Shown piece after piece: positions 1 through 14,007 of a stretch of 64,000 nucleotides of DNA. Origin of the DNA: the human T2T-CHM13v2.0 reference genome, Homo sapiens; the NCBI RefSeq assembly GCF_009914755.1, contig NC_060930.1. The stretch is one strand, 5' to 3'. Both the position numbers and the translations under genes were made by a program. Numbering within the stretch: the first letter of the stretch is position 1; every line of letters begins with the position of its first letter. The notes beneath the pieces were generated by a model that had not been told where the DNA came from, ran no database searches, and saw only the letters and a list, made by a program, of their open reading frames with translations.

Positions 1-1107
1 AAAGTATTACAAAATGCAGGATAATTTTGGTCACCGCGAATGATGTAATAAATACTGCTTTTAAGTGAAAGCTGAAAAACAGAAACACTAGAGAAGAATC
101 AAAGCATATAGCAACTCTTAGCATTTGGCTAATTTAATAGGAATTTATTTTTGCTTTTTGGGGGTTGATTTTTCCTTTCATAAGACAAACAAATTTTGTT
201 TGCCGTGTTTAACTTATGGCTGCTTATAATTAGCTATATATTCCCTCTCAACCTCAACAGATTTTCTTGAACTGCCTTATAGGGGCTTTATTTTCTTAAG
301 CGTATTGATAATACAAACTGTAGTATGGGCATCGATAGACTATTGGCAGGTATTTATCTCAACTCTAAAGTGTTATTGTTCTTTAGGAAAAAATCATAGC
401 AAGTGAGAAAAAATAAATTATTTAATAAATGACACCAGGAAAACTGACTAACCATTTGGGCAGGGGAGAAAGAACCCTACCTCCCAGCATATAGCAAAAT
501 ACATTTTTAATAAACCATTAATTTAAATAGTAAAATTGAAAATATTAAACTGCTCTAAGAAATATAAATGTTTTTATTATATGATCTTATACATGATCTT
601 GGAGTAAGAGATATAAAATATTAGCTAAGCATGACACAAAACTAAAATCCACAGAGGAAAATATTGACAAATTTGACTACATAAAATAACTTGGTTAAAT
701 GTTATACAAAAAATGTGTACATATATCACAAGTATATATGTAAGTGTGTGTTCATATACACACAGGAGACAGTAACTGCAGGTTATGATGAGGAAAGAGG
801 TTAAACTACAATGGTAATTATTTTTGGTAACAGAACAACAGCCCAGTAAAAAATGGACAAAGGTTATAATCTTGCAATTTACAAAAGGCAAATGTGTACA
901 TAACAAAACTTCAACTTCACTGATAATTAAACTTTTACGTTTCTGATTGGTAAAAATTATGAAAAGCAGTTGAGAATATAATTACAATCAAAGGCCTTAA
1001 AAACAAAAGGTAAAGACTACATAATATATAAGAAAGAGGGAGCAATAGTCAATAACTATAAATAATTTAGAAAATGTCAGACAATCCAGTAGAAAAATGG
1101 GCCAAGA

Positions 1108-1180
1108 CACGTGTATATCTATATAACAAACATGCACGTTCTGTACATGTATCCCAGAACTTAAAGTATAATAAAAAAAA
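1108..1180 (+). mobile_element. Extremely 5'-truncated L1PA 3' end (73 bp) with 17-bp TSD
   Basis: L1PA terminal sequence (cacgttctgtacatgtatcccagaacttaaagtataataaaa) between two copies of AGAAAAATGGGCCAAGA (1091-1107, 1181-1197). Confidence 0.9.
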
Positions 1181-1339
1181 AGAAAAATGGGCCAAGAATA
1201 GGAACTTTAATATTCATGAATAAACTGAATAGCAAAAAAAGGACCGAAATGCATATCAATTTTGCAAAGTACAAACAAGTACACCACATGAATGCTATAT
1301 AAAATTACTCAGCCAATTAAAGAATTGAGTAGAAATGGA

Positions 1340-3900
1340 TTCTGACAGGCCCAATGGGAGCCTAGTTCCACCATGTGGTAATTTCTGGTTTCTGAACAGA
1401 TATACTGAGCAACCCCCAGTTCTCACTCATACTCCCTGAGTAAGGGCTCTTATGGAAGGAAGAAATCATTGGAAGCCCCTGGGGACCCACTCTAATAAAA
1501 AAATAAAACCAAGGGCATTATCTATTCCCTGGGAATTACTCAGAAATGCCACCATCAAGGACAGAAAGAGCAGGGAGTGGACATGCCTCTCATTCCCATT
1601 TAACCGGCCTATCTGGAGAATGCAGAAGGCTAATGCTCATGATAACTAGCAAAAGCTTATTCAGGTGGTGACTCCAACTGCACTGTTCCTCAAAATGTGA
1701 TGGATTTACTACAACAGAGCATCACAATCTCTAGCAACCTGTATATACCTGCTTCTATGGCAAATACTTTTTGCTCTACCCTAAAGGACAGAGAACATGA
1801 GAAAGGATTTGCTATCAATGGGATGGGACATCAGCGAGCCTTCACAGGCTTATCTCACGGTTATGCACACTGTCTATCTTTGTACTACAATTTCGTTGTC
1901 AAGGATACGGATCATCTCCTCCTACAGGACACTACATTAGTCCAATACACTGGTTACGTCTGCTTTTAGGACCAGAAAAGCAGGAGGCAACATGTACTCT
2001 TAGATGCCTGCAAAGCATAAGTAAGCCAGCAGGTAGAAAATAAATCCATGAAAATACAGGGCAGTGTTTCCTCAGTGAAAAATCTTGGTGAATTAATCTG
2101 TAGATAACTGGCATACTTCTGCAAAGTGCTTTTCTTTGTAGCCTCAAGTACAAATGAGAAACAGACTTTTTATGCTGCTTCCACCCTTTACTGAATGACC
2201 CAAAGGTTACCAGCTTTAGCTTCAACTCCCAAAAAGAAAAGACCATCCAGCGAGTTCAAGTGGTGGTATAAGCAGATCTACAACTTGGCTTTAATGACCC
2301 AGCTGATGCAATGGTACATCAAGCCTGTGCAATTTCAGGGCACCGAAGAAAACTAGTAGCAAATCCCAATAGGAAAAACACAGGGGTCCCTCAGAATGTT
2401 GGAGCAAAACCTTCCTTTTGAGACTTGTTCTGGCCTTGCTACTGAGCCCTGGATAGAATAAACAATGGTACAAGGTAACCAAGTGACTCTAGCTGTTCAC
2501 CATGAATTGTATCTTGTTGGTACAGCCTTTCTACATTTTGCTCTACGTATGTCAGTCAGCCTATCCCTCACCCCAACTCCTGAAGCACTTGTTCAGTGAA
2601 ATAATAAACTAGCAATGGCTGTCAGAACAAAAGCCACATATAGACTCAACAATATGGATTTCCTCTTACTCAGACTGACATGACCATGGGTATTGCCGTA
2701 CACCAATTTGCAGCAATAGCAATCTCATGTTATACTCTATTAAATCATTTTTGTTTGATTTTTTGTATTAATTTTTTCATTCATCCTTTGGACTTCCCAG
2801 ATGCACATCCATATGCTCTACAGAGATGATTTTACCCATTTTATTTTCTATGGCTAATTATCTTTACAAACACTTTCAATAACGTGCTAATTTAAAAATA
2901 AAAAGTAAACTAGTGATGTGCCGTTGTTGAGGGTTGACCCAACTAGCTGCTCCTTCCATCTTGGAGGAGGCAGAATTTTATATTCACTTCAATGGTATTA
3001 CTCTGGGTTCTGTTATGCATCCTCTAAGCACCCACTGTGCCCCCTGTGGCCCGTCCCCACTCCCCCGACCCCATGCTTCTACCAGACTCCTAATCCACCT
3101 ATTAGTCACAATCAAGGTGTTCCACACACCGATGCTTCTGCTCAAGAAATTACAGAGAAAAAAAATTAACGGTGTTCCAAGGACAATGGGATTCACTGCT
3201 CTGCCATGTATTCTGTTATCTAGAAGCTGCTGGACTTCTAGAATGTTTACGGCCTACTGAGACTCAATCCTGGCACCACCTGGGAGACAAGCATCTTGGG
3301 AAACTGAAGGATCCTTATGGTCTCAAAGAACCACCACTCCATGGTGCTGTTTCACCTACAGCCAGAAAGAAACTTGGATTTGGGAAGTAACAGGTCGAAG
3401 TAAAGTCCAATATTTCACGATTACACCTAATTATCCATTTGTACAATTTTTTCCATCTCTCAAGGTGACTTAGAGACAACATCCAAGGGAGGAAAACAAT
3501 CACGTTTTCAAGACTACAACTGGTCATTTAGGGCCAAGGTAGTATGTTGATTGAGGTAATTATTAAGCGGAATTTGGGGTACGCTCATACACAAGTAAAA
3601 GGGAGATGAACTGGAGGGGGCCTGATAATACTGCCATCTTCACTCATAAAAGTGAGTACCACATAGCCTGTGAGCAGGAGCAACAAGGACCCAGGGCTGA
3701 AAATCTGGGTTATCCCGAACAGCAGAGGTGCTGAAAGAAGGCAAGAGGAAAGTGGAATGGTTATTATAACAGGAAAATAGTAATACAAACTGCAGCCTGT
3801 GATCAGTTGTAGAGTGGTAACTTAGCACCTGCCAGTATTCTTTTTCTTGCTCTGCAATGTATATATTTAGATATATTAACTGTTCGTCTCCTTCCCTATT
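1340..3900 (+). mobile_element. Decayed ERV-L internal region (RT and integrase remnants)
   Basis: Frameshifted fragments resemble ERV-L pol: FPFNRPIW, ASMANTF, FTGLSHGY..QDTTLVQY (RT); YSGFCYA, HNQGVPHTDAS, YLEAAGLLE (integrase). Confidence 0.8.
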
Positions 3901-5858
3901 TCCTCCACTGTTATATATAGAATGTACCATTTGTGGTTACTCTGAGACACTGTTCCACAGGCTAAGGAATACTGCTGTTCAGTTTTGCTGAAAGAGGAGG
4001 AGCACACAGGAAATCACCCCCTAAATTTGGCATTGGCTACAGGAACTGAATAGACCTCAGTTTTATCCCTTCTGTGGAAATGGGAAAGGAGTTCTCGTTG
4101 CATGAGGGATAGCAGCAGTGTGTCACGCAGGAGCTTTTGTTTTTAAGCTTAGGTATGAAAAAAGGAGGCGTGTTCACTGTAGAAAACAAAAGGGATAAAT
4201 TATAGTGAAATTTATTTTGGGCCACCTAATACCCAAAACTACTATTAGATTGGGATCTTTTTGGTTATAATATGACCACTGAGAAGTAGCACCACAGAGC
4301 CAATCTTTGGAGGGGGAAAAAAACTGGTTGCTAAAGCAACAAAACTGTTTTAAGATTCTTTGAACATTGCTTACCTTCATTATCATACAGGTGATTAATA
4401 ATGAAAGTATTAGTCACTATCACTAACAATCTAGTTATAATCAAAAGCTACATTTACTCTGTGCTTTTGGTTTTGTAGATTTAGGTTTTATAGATACTGA
4501 AATTTCTTAAAAATCAAAGGCTCTGGCTAACAACCTCCTTGTCACTCTGAAACAATTTTTTAAGATAATACAATGTCTCATAAAATGAAGCCTCTCAGAA
4601 AACAACCATTATGTTATTGCCTAATAGAATGCATTTAACTAATGAGAGCTTCTCATGAACAGAAATGGAAGACAAGGCCCCCTACACTTATGCAGCATAC
4701 AAACTAGAAAAGGACAAAAAAAACCCAAAAGTACAAACACCATATAAACTCAAAGAGGGTGCAGCAGCAACAAATGCTATAACAATGTTTCAAACAATGA
4801 CCTATAATATGTGTGTTCTATTGGAGGACAATCCAAAAAGCTGTAATGAAGGTGGCATTTGTAATGGTTTGAAGGGTAAGAAATAGGACATTTCAGTTTG
4901 GAGATTCAAACCTCTAATATCATACTCAGACCTACACTGAAATGATCAGAATACCTATTAGTCACCCTAACTAGAAGGCAAATTTCTTGAAGGCAAGGCC
5001 TAAGTTTTATTCATTTTGGTTTTTCCAGAATTTATCATATTGTTGACCCTCAATGAATAGTTTTATGAGTGAACCATAAAAAGAATACTGGGAAGATCAA
5101 AACGTACGTAAGAAATAATATATATTTCTAAAACATACAGCATAAATAAATGGAGAGTTAAGAAAGGTAGTTATGCCCATTTATTATTCATTCATTGATT
5201 CACTCGACAAACATTTACTGGGCATCTGCTACGTACCAGGCACAGCGAGAGGGCTTCTGAACGTGAACATTAATTTGGTTGCATTCCTTTAAATTGAGCA
5301 GGTCTACACTTGAGGATCAATTAAAGGCATCATCTGATCAGGTGATAAAGGGCTTATAGGAACATAAATCTGAAACTACTAAATCAAATTTGGAAAAAAT
5401 ATTATACGGTATTAGTTCAATCCTATTTTATAAACAAAGAAGTTGAGAACCAGACAGAATAACTTGTTCCAAAAACTATAGCTATTTAGTACAAGAGCTA
5501 GGGTTAGAATGTAGATTTCTTGGTTTTCAAAAAACTTTTTTCAATGTGCTAAAAGGACTGAAAGTAAAAGATGTTAAAACACATTATTTCATAATCCAGG
5601 TGTGTGACAGTTGACAAAGCAAACAAAGAAAAAATAAGTGTGTCTAGATTGAAGAAGTAATTTGAAGGAGTTGAATTGAGATGTTAGATGTTTCCAGCAG
5701 TGCTCAAAGTAAGTTTAGGTCTGGCAGTGGATCACAAGGATCCTTCTTCCCAGCTGAAAGTGATCAAGGAAGAAACGCCTGCTCTTTCTCTGGGTTTTAT
5801 GAACTGCCAAGATTCCACAGACTTGATTTTATATACTACTAGCATTAGCCTCCTACAC

Positions 5859-6028
5859 CAGGGTCAACAAATTATGGCCCGTAGAGCCTGAAACCTGGTT
5901 TTGTACAGACTTCCAAGCTAAGAACTGTTGCTACAGTTTTAAAGGGTTAACAAAAAAGAAAAAAAAAAAGAAAATGAAAGAAAGTCTAAAAGAATCTGCC
6001 CTTTACAGGGAAAGTTGGCCAGTCTTTG
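5859..6028 (+). mobile_element. MER58-like hAT-Charlie MITE
   Basis: cagggtcaacaaattatggccc ... ccctttacagggaaagttggcc termini. Confidence 0.65.
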
Positions 6029-6096
6029 TCCTCAGTTATTAAAAATTACTAAAACCTTGTATTTAAAAACTCAACTTGGCATGTTATTTGAATGTA

Positions 6097-6391
6097 CTGT
6101 CATCCTTCACTATCCCTAGAGGATTGGTTCCATGCCTCCCTCCATCCACCTCCCAAAGACAACAAAATCTGCAGATGCTCAAGTTTCTAATATAAAATGG
6201 CATAGTATTTGCATATAACCTATGCACATCCTCCTGGAAATCACCTCTACACAACTTACAATACCTAATATATAATAAATGCTATGTAAATTGTTATAGT
6301 GTACTGTGTTTTATTTTTAAAATTTTTCTGAATATTTTTGTTCCATGGTTAGTTGAATCCATGCAGAATCCATGGAAAAGGAGGGCCTACT
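6097..6391 (+). mobile_element. MER2 (TcMar-Tigger) DNA transposon
   Basis: ggattggttcc..gatgctcaag..taaaatggcatagtatttgcatataacctatgcacatcctcc..gagggcctactg. Confidence 0.8.
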
Positions 6392-7321
6392 GCAGTCACT
6401 GCATTAAGTCTATCTAGTAAAATATTTAACAATGTTACAAAATTTCCATTGAACATGCATGTACACTGAGTTGAAGTTCTTTGATTCTCAGAATATGCTA
6501 TTCACCCATCATAGGTGCTGGCTTGAGTACCTCATTTTCATCTGCTGCTCTTATACTAATTTAGAAACAAAACACTTTTTCATTGTTTTGGATGAGCATT
6601 TTTATAGCATATTTGCTGCAAAAATATTGTTAGCACTCTATCATGTTATTACTCTCTGGTTTTTGGCCATCTCCTAAGTTCTTCCCCTTCTAGAAGGTAT
6701 GGATAGTAGGATATGTGGTTCACAGGATCTTCTGCGACACCCCAATTGACCATGTTCAAAAATGCTTGAGAAAAATAAGCTTAGAGAAAGGGAGATAAGA
6801 GGTTTCTAGTCAGATGACAAGCAGTATGGTGATCTGGAAAAATAAATAATCCTCCTACTTTCTCCCAAGTCCAGTCTGTAGGATTTCACTTCATTATCTA
6901 GCCTTAGGTGCTATGAATTTATAGGACAGTCATCTTCTATTTTGATTGGCATAGGTCCAATTAAAGAAAAAAACTCATGAAACAAGCCGCAGTTTTTCCA
7001 ACCATAAAAAGAATTAAGAATAAACAGTTTCTTGAAGAAAAGTTCATCTAATGCATACAGGTAGGATTAAATCAACATGTGTCTCTACGAGAATACAAAG
7101 AAAAAATTATTTTTGCATTATCTACAATTTTGAACTATCTGTACCACTACTCACTTCCACAGACGTGACTTCAAAGAGTATGTTACATTTTTCATAACAG
7201 AAAAATAATACCATTTCCTACACATCCGAAAAAGATGCACTACTGGGTCATCAAAAACAAAACAGTGTCCCGTTTCTGGCTCTTCTACAGCAATGAAGAT
7301 CCATTCTGTTCCACGTGGGTC

Positions 7322-7340
7322 TGCTGCCATCTAGTGGATT
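7322..7340 (-). promoter_or_regulatory. CTCF motif (reverse orientation)
   Basis: Minus strand AATCCACTAGATGGCAGCA matches the CCASYAGRKGGCRS core. Confidence 0.7.
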
Positions 7341-9645
7341 ATTTAAGAAAAAAGCTTTACAGTAAAGAATAGTTTGTCATAAAATTGTAGGCTGAATTTG
7401 GTATCAGGGGCTATTAATACATAATGTTACCACCCGTCAGACTTCACCAGCAAATGGATGCTGTCTGACAAATGAGACTGGCCAGGCTGTGGCGGCATGG
7501 CAGATCAACCTAACACACACACAGAGTACCTTTAAAGAACTGTCTCCAAATAACTAAGAATAGCTATCTTCTCTTTTAGCAGAAAACATCTGTTTTCAAC
7601 GTAAAATAACCAACTTGTAACAGCCAAACATAGAAAAAAAAATAATGGTTAGTAAAATCCCTGGACAGGTGATTTTGAGATTCCAACACAGACTCAGCCA
7701 CATCACACTGAGGAAGAAGTACAATTGAAGGCTGACCAGCAAGTAGAGTTGGAGCCAGACAGCCTGATATCTCACTTCTTCCTGGCTGCTGACCCTGGGC
7801 AATTTACCTAATGTCTCCAAGCTATAATTGCTTCAACAGTGAGAAAGCACCTATTTCTCAGCTGTCATAAACTTTAACCGAGAACAATATAGGTAGGCAC
7901 CGTGTACTGGATATAGTAAGCGCTCAACAGAGTCTGTTGTTCTCTTGAAGGTCAGAAATGAATAATAGGAATATTCTTATTAACGTTTTTTATTTAAATG
8001 CCACTTTATTGAGGTACAACTGACAAAGCGCATAAACTATAGTTTTACAAGTTTGGACATATGTGTACATCTGTAAAACCATCATCACACTTAAGACAGT
8101 TATTAGATTCTTCACCCTCAAAAGTTTCCTTGTTGTAGTTTGCAATTTCCTCCCTCCTGCATATCTGTTCCTTCCTCCCTCCATCACCAAGCAATCACTA
8201 ATATGCTTTCTGTTGCTTTCTGTATTTTGCATTTTCTAAAGTTTTATATAAATGTAATCACAGAGTATTTATTCGTTTTTGAAAAAGGATGGTGTCTGGC
8301 TTAAGTTAGCCTAATTATTTTATGATTCATCCATGCTGTGTATATCAATAGTGCATTCCTTTTATTGCTGAGTATTCCACTGTATGATACAACACTATTG
8401 ATGGACATTTGTGTTGTTTCCCATTTTTGTCCATTACAAATAAAGCTCCTATAAGTATATGCCCTACAAGTCTTTGTATGGGCATATATTTAATTTTTGT
8501 GTGTGGATAAATAGAAGTAGAACGGCTGGATAGTATGACAGGTGTTACATTTAGCTTTCTTAAATCAGTCAAACTATTTTACAAAGTGATGCCACTTTAC
8601 ACTTCCACCTGCAGTGTATGAAAACTTCTGTTCCTCTACATCCTCTCCAGCACTTGGTATGCTCCGTCTTTTAAATTTTGCCAAATAGGTTAATAGTGGT
8701 ATCCGTGCTTTTAATTTGTATTTTCCTAATAACTAATGATGTTGAACATCTTTTTATGTGCTATTTGTCATCTGTATATCTTCTTTGTTGAAGTGTCTGT
8801 TCAAATAACAATATTGTCTTCTGATCCATGATCAAGGTATATCTTCCCAATTATATAAGCTTTCTTTAATTTCAGCAATATTTTGTACTGTTCAGTGTTC
8901 AAGTGTTTCACTTATATTGCCTTCTAAGTATTTCATAATGTTTGATGTTATTGTAAATGCCAGCTTTTTAAATTTCAAATTTTTATTTTGATTGCTCATT
9001 GCCAGTATAGAGAAATACAATTTATTTTTGTACATTGATCAGATACTTACTAAATTGACTTTTTTATTCTAGCAGGCTTTTTTAAATTGTAGATTCCATC
9101 AGATTTTCTACATAGACATTTATGTCTGTGAATACAAATGGTTTTAATTCTTTTTTTCCTAATGTGAAGTCCTTTTATTTGTTTATATTATCCATCTGCA
9201 CTAGATGGATCCTCTAGTACAATTCTGAATAGAAGTGGTGAGGGCAAGACATCCCTGTCTTGTTCCTGATCTTATAAAGGAAAGCATTCTGTCTTTCACC
9301 ATTAAGTGTGACACTCTGTAAGTTTTCATAGATGATCTTTTGTCAGGTTAAAGAGCTCACTTCTACTCCTAGTTTACTGAGAATTTTTGTTAGGAATGGA
9401 AGTAGAATTTGTCAAATGCTTTTTCTGCATCTATTGAGATGATTATATAGGTTTTCTTTTTAAGTTTGTTAACATAATGAACAATATTTATTGCTCTTTC
9501 AGTATTAAACCAACCCTGAATTCCTGGGATATACTCCACTTGTTACATCCTTTTAAAATATTGGTGATTTGATTAGTTAAATTTTGTTTAAATTTTCTGC
9601 ATTTATGTCATGAGATGAAATGGATGTGTAGTGTTTTTTTCTGGG

Positions 9646-9949
9646 TTTTTTTTTTTTTTTTTTTTGAGACAGAGTCTTGCTCTGTCATGCCCAGCCTGGA
9701 GTGCAGTGGCGTGACCTCAGCTTACTGGAACCTCCTGCTGCCAGTTCAAGCGATTCTCCTGCCTCAGTCTCCCAAGTAGCTGGGATTACAGGTGCCCACC
9801 ACCATGCCCAGCTAATTTTTTGTACTTTTAGTAGAGACAGAGTTTCACCATATTGGCCAGGCTTGTCTTGAACTCCCGACATCAGGTGATTCGTCAGCCT
9901 CAGCCTCCCAAAGTGCTGGGATTACAGGCATGAACCACTGGACCCAGCC
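9646..9949 (-). mobile_element. AluS
   Basis: Full dimer antisense with poly-T; partial TSD gtagtgtt. Confidence 0.93.
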
Positions 9950-10274
9950 TAGTAGTGTTCTCTTCTTTTACTGTCTTTATCTGGTTTCAATATAAGGATT
10001 ATGCTGACCTGCTAAAACAAATTCTTCAATTTTTTGGAACAGTTTGTGTACAATTAGTTAAATATTTGATAGATTACATTAGTGAAGATATTTGAGTCTG
10101 GTTCTTTGTGAGAAGGTTTTAAGTTGTAATTTCAATTTCTTGATATAGAGCTAGGCAGGTTACTGACTTCTTTTTGAGTGAACTTTGATAATTTGTGTCT
10201 ATCAAGGAATTTATCCATTTCATCTAAGATGTCAACTTTATTGTCATAAAGTTGTTTATAATACTCTCTTAATT

Positions 10275-10640
10275 GCAGCCATAAAAAAAATGAGTTCATG
10301 TCCTTTGCAGGGATATGGATGAAGCTGGAAACCATCACTTTCAGCAAACTAACACAGGAACAGAAAAGCAAATACTGCATGTTCTCACTCATAAGTGGGA
10401 GTTGAACAATGAGAACACATGGACACAGGGAGGGGAACATCACACACCAGGGCCTGTCAGGGGATGAGGGGCAGGGGAGGGAGAGCATTAGGACAAATAC
10501 CTAATGCATGTGGGACTTAAAACCTAGATGATGGGTTAGTAGGTGCAGCAAACCACCATGGCACATGTATACCTATGTAACAACCCTGCACGTTCTGCAC
10601 ATGTATCCCAGAGCTTAAAGTGAAATAAATAAAATAAAAA
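10275..10640 (+). mobile_element. L1PA 3' end nested in the older L1
   Basis: gagttcatgtcctttgcaggg..ttctcactcataagtgggag..cacatgtatccc followed by an A-tail. Confidence 0.9.
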
Positions 10641-11902
10641 CCATTTCAAAGGAAAAAACCTTTAAATATATGATAGATTCTGTAATGTACAGAATATGTG
10701 TAAATATGTATAGATTTTTACATATAAAATATGTAGAATTTATAATATATCATCTCTCTCATTCCTGATATTAGTAATTTGTTTCTTCTATTTTTTTCAT
10801 GTTCAGTCTGGTTAGACGTTTATCAGTTCTATTGATCTCAAAGAAATAGCTTTTGGTTTCATTGATTTTTTTTCTCCCTTCGATTTCCACTATGATTTGT
10901 ATTTCCTTTGTTCTGCTGACTTTGCAATTTCGGTTGTTTTTTCTAAATTTCTTAGGGTGAAAACTGACGTCATGATTTGAGACCTGTCTTCTTTTCTAAT
11001 ACAGGTGTTTAGTGCTCCCTTAAGTACTGAGTTAATACCATCCAACAAATTCTGATATGTGATGCTTTCATTTACGTTCAGTTCAGAATATTTTCCAATT
11101 CCTCTTTTTGGCTTTCTCTTTGATCCATAGCTTATTTGAAATGTGTTTGGTTTTCAAACATTAGGGGATTTTCCAGGGATCTTTCTGTTACTGAGTTCTA
11201 ATTTAATTTCACTGTAGTCAAGGAATATTATCTTGTATGACTTGAATCTTTTAAAGTTTGTTGAAACTCTTGATTAATGCCAGGAATAGAGTCTATCTTA
11301 ATAAATGTTCTGGGTGCACTTGAGAAAAACGTGTGTTCTGCTGTTGTTGAATAGACTGTTCTATAAGTGGCTGTCACCATCAAGGTGATTAGTACTTTGA
11401 ATCTTCTGTATCCTGATTTTGTATCTACTTGTTTTATCAATTATTCAGAGAAGGGTACCGAAAGCCATAATTGTGGCTTTGTCTATTTTCCTTGCAGTTT
11501 TGTCAGTGTTTGCTCCATGTATTTTAAAACTGTCTTATGAGGGAGTTCTCAGTTTTTTTTAAGTGTTCAGCTTCTTATTTACATTTCTTGACTATCTAAT
11601 GTGAACCATACTTGAGTGCTAATACTTAATAATCTATGATATAATTATAAGAATTGTAGAGATGATAAATATCAATTGACAAAAGATAGTTATAGCCCGT
11701 AATTGGGAGGGAGGAGTCAGCTACTATGTGCCAGTGACATGTATCTAGCAGTTGCATATAAGTGACATATTTAAAACAGGACTAGAAAAAAAATCTAAAT
11801 ATTGAAAGAAACAAACTCTGTTTTAGACTCCAATCTTTCCTCGTCTATCAAACCCTCTAGCTTTGTTAGAGGGTGGTTTGGAGTGTTAAACAAAGTGATA
11901 TA

Positions 11903-12208
11903 GGCCAGGCGCAGTGGCTCGTGCCTGTAATCCCAGCACTTTGGGAGGCCAAGGTAAGCAGATCACTTGAGGCCAGGAGTTCGAGACCAACCTGGCCAAC
12001 ATGGCGAAAACCCATCTCTTCTAAAGATACAAAAATTAGCCAAGTATGGTGGCACACCCCTGTAGTCCAAGCTACTCGAGAGGCTGAAGCACAAGAATAG
12101 CTTGAACCCAGAGGAAGAGGTTGCAGTGAGCCAAGATTGTGCCACTGCACTCCAGCCTGGGCAACAGAGTGGGACTCTGTCTTAAAAAAAAAAAAAAAAA
12201 AAAAAAAA
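11903..12208 (+). mobile_element. AluS/J
   Basis: Full dimer with A-tail. Confidence 0.93.
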
Positions 12209-13947
12209 GATGATATATATGTAAACATTTTAGAAATGGCATAGATCTTTGTAAGAATAAAAGTACAAGATGTTATTACTAATAAGTCTTGTACAATTAG
12301 AGTTAGGATCCAGGTTCGTTATAGGGTACAATGTGTAGAGAAAAATGTATCATTAGAAATACCCATGTCTATCTATTTTTCAAGAAAAACCAAGAAAAGT
12401 GTATTAAAATTCTAAAAAGTGTATCACAAGTAGAAAAACTTCCTGGAGAATGTGAAGGATGGCTACTAAAATAATTCTGGCTTTTCCCCTCTAGCACTAG
12501 TATATCTCATGCTCTGTCTTATGACCTGAAGAGAACACTTGTCTTCTTTGTGAGCAAAAGCACTGATCCAAACTGCAGAGACGAGAAAGTGTGGGAAGGG
12601 AGATGGAGAAGGATCTTCTAAAGGATGAGTCTCGAGGCTGGAAGCTCAATGGAGAGCATCCACCCGCAAGGCCCAACTACACTGGCTTCCTGTGCTCCCC
12701 TTCCCAGCACAGAATATCTGAAGGCATAGCCCGCTTCCACAAAGCAATCTCAAATTTACAACACACTTAATTTTCACTTTGTCATTGGTTCTCTTCCCGG
12801 ATACTTTAAAGGTAGAAAGGCATAAAGGTCAAATCAGTGGAAATTTGGGGGCATTTTAAAGCTATTGTAGATTAATAAAGGGTTAAATCTGAGGGCACAG
12901 TTCTTAAAAATAAAGTACAAAAACAAGTCATCTAAAATTGTATGTAAACAATAATTTGGACTTCTAGATGGCTGGAACATTACAAGCTGGGTCTTTTAGC
13001 AAATTTATTCATCCTAACATTTTTCACATGGATCTGCTCAGTTTACCTGCTCTGAGGTAGTCTGGAATCAGAAGCAACAACGGTTCCATAACAATGTGAT
13101 TTGTGTAAGAAGCAAACAGGAAAGGACTGGGCAGTGGTGAGGCCTTGCGCCTTGCAATTCCCCAACCCCGCTGACACATCTTTTGCCCATCATGATGAGC
13201 TTCCTTCCTGTCATCCACTCGAGGGCCCAATAATTCTCCTACTGCTCCAAAAGCAGCTGAATTGTTGTCACGAGTTCCCCTCTAGTTTACAGGCAGTGAT
13301 TCCCAAACCTTTTACTTCAGTCATTTCTGATCAGTTCTAACTGCCAACACATGCTGGCAGCTGTTTCTAAAACACTGAAAATCGATTTCTGCTTCTTATA
13401 GAAACACGGTAGAAGCATGTTTCTGAATATTCCTCCTTCTTCCCTCCTCAAGGCATATTATAGAATGGGGGAGCAGGTAGAAAACCCATAAAAATTACAT
13501 TTTCAGAGAAATTAACACAAAATGTGTAAATATGACCAAATTCTCAAAAACGTGTACATACGGCCAAAAGCAACAGAAAATAGCAGGTCCTGAGCAGGAA
13601 GCCGTATGGGTGGGGCGGAGAATAACCGGGGTTGCAGAGCTCCACACTGTCACCAGCAAATCATCAGAAGAGCTGATCCCACCCAGAGTGAGAATGGGCA
13701 GAAGCAGGGCTGAGAAGCACCGGGGACTCTGCTGGAGAAGGTGGGAAAAGGAGACACGGAACAGATTCAGGAGGCCATGGGCTGCCGACCCTACTCAAAA
13801 ACCAGGTGGGGAACACCTTGGAAAGAGGTGTCTGTGCATCTTGGGGCCGATGAAGTGATTGGGATGACATCAGGGATGGAGCGGGAAGCCCTCCTACACC
13901 AGGCTAGGGGCTGAGAGGCAGAGGAGGAAAGAAACAGTCCCTCAGTG

Positions 13948-14007
13948 CAGCACAGCACAGCACAGCACAGCACAGCACAGCACAGCACAGCACAGCACAG
14001 CACAGCA
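13948..14007 (+). repeat. (CAGCA)12 pentanucleotide microsatellite
   Basis: Uninterrupted cagca units. Confidence 0.95.

Larger units (their letters stand above)
7985..11560 (-). mobile_element. Old L1 (L1M-type, ORF2 and 3'UTR), interrupted by an Alu and an L1PA
   Basis: Antisense L1 text; translations such as YYKQLYDNKVDILDEMDKFL and TTAEHTFFSSAPRTFIKID. Confidence 0.85.

Noticed and set aside
1340-3900. Domesticated retroviral pol gene
   Set aside because: Many stops and frameshifts; the RT catalytic YxDD motif is lost (reads YTGY).
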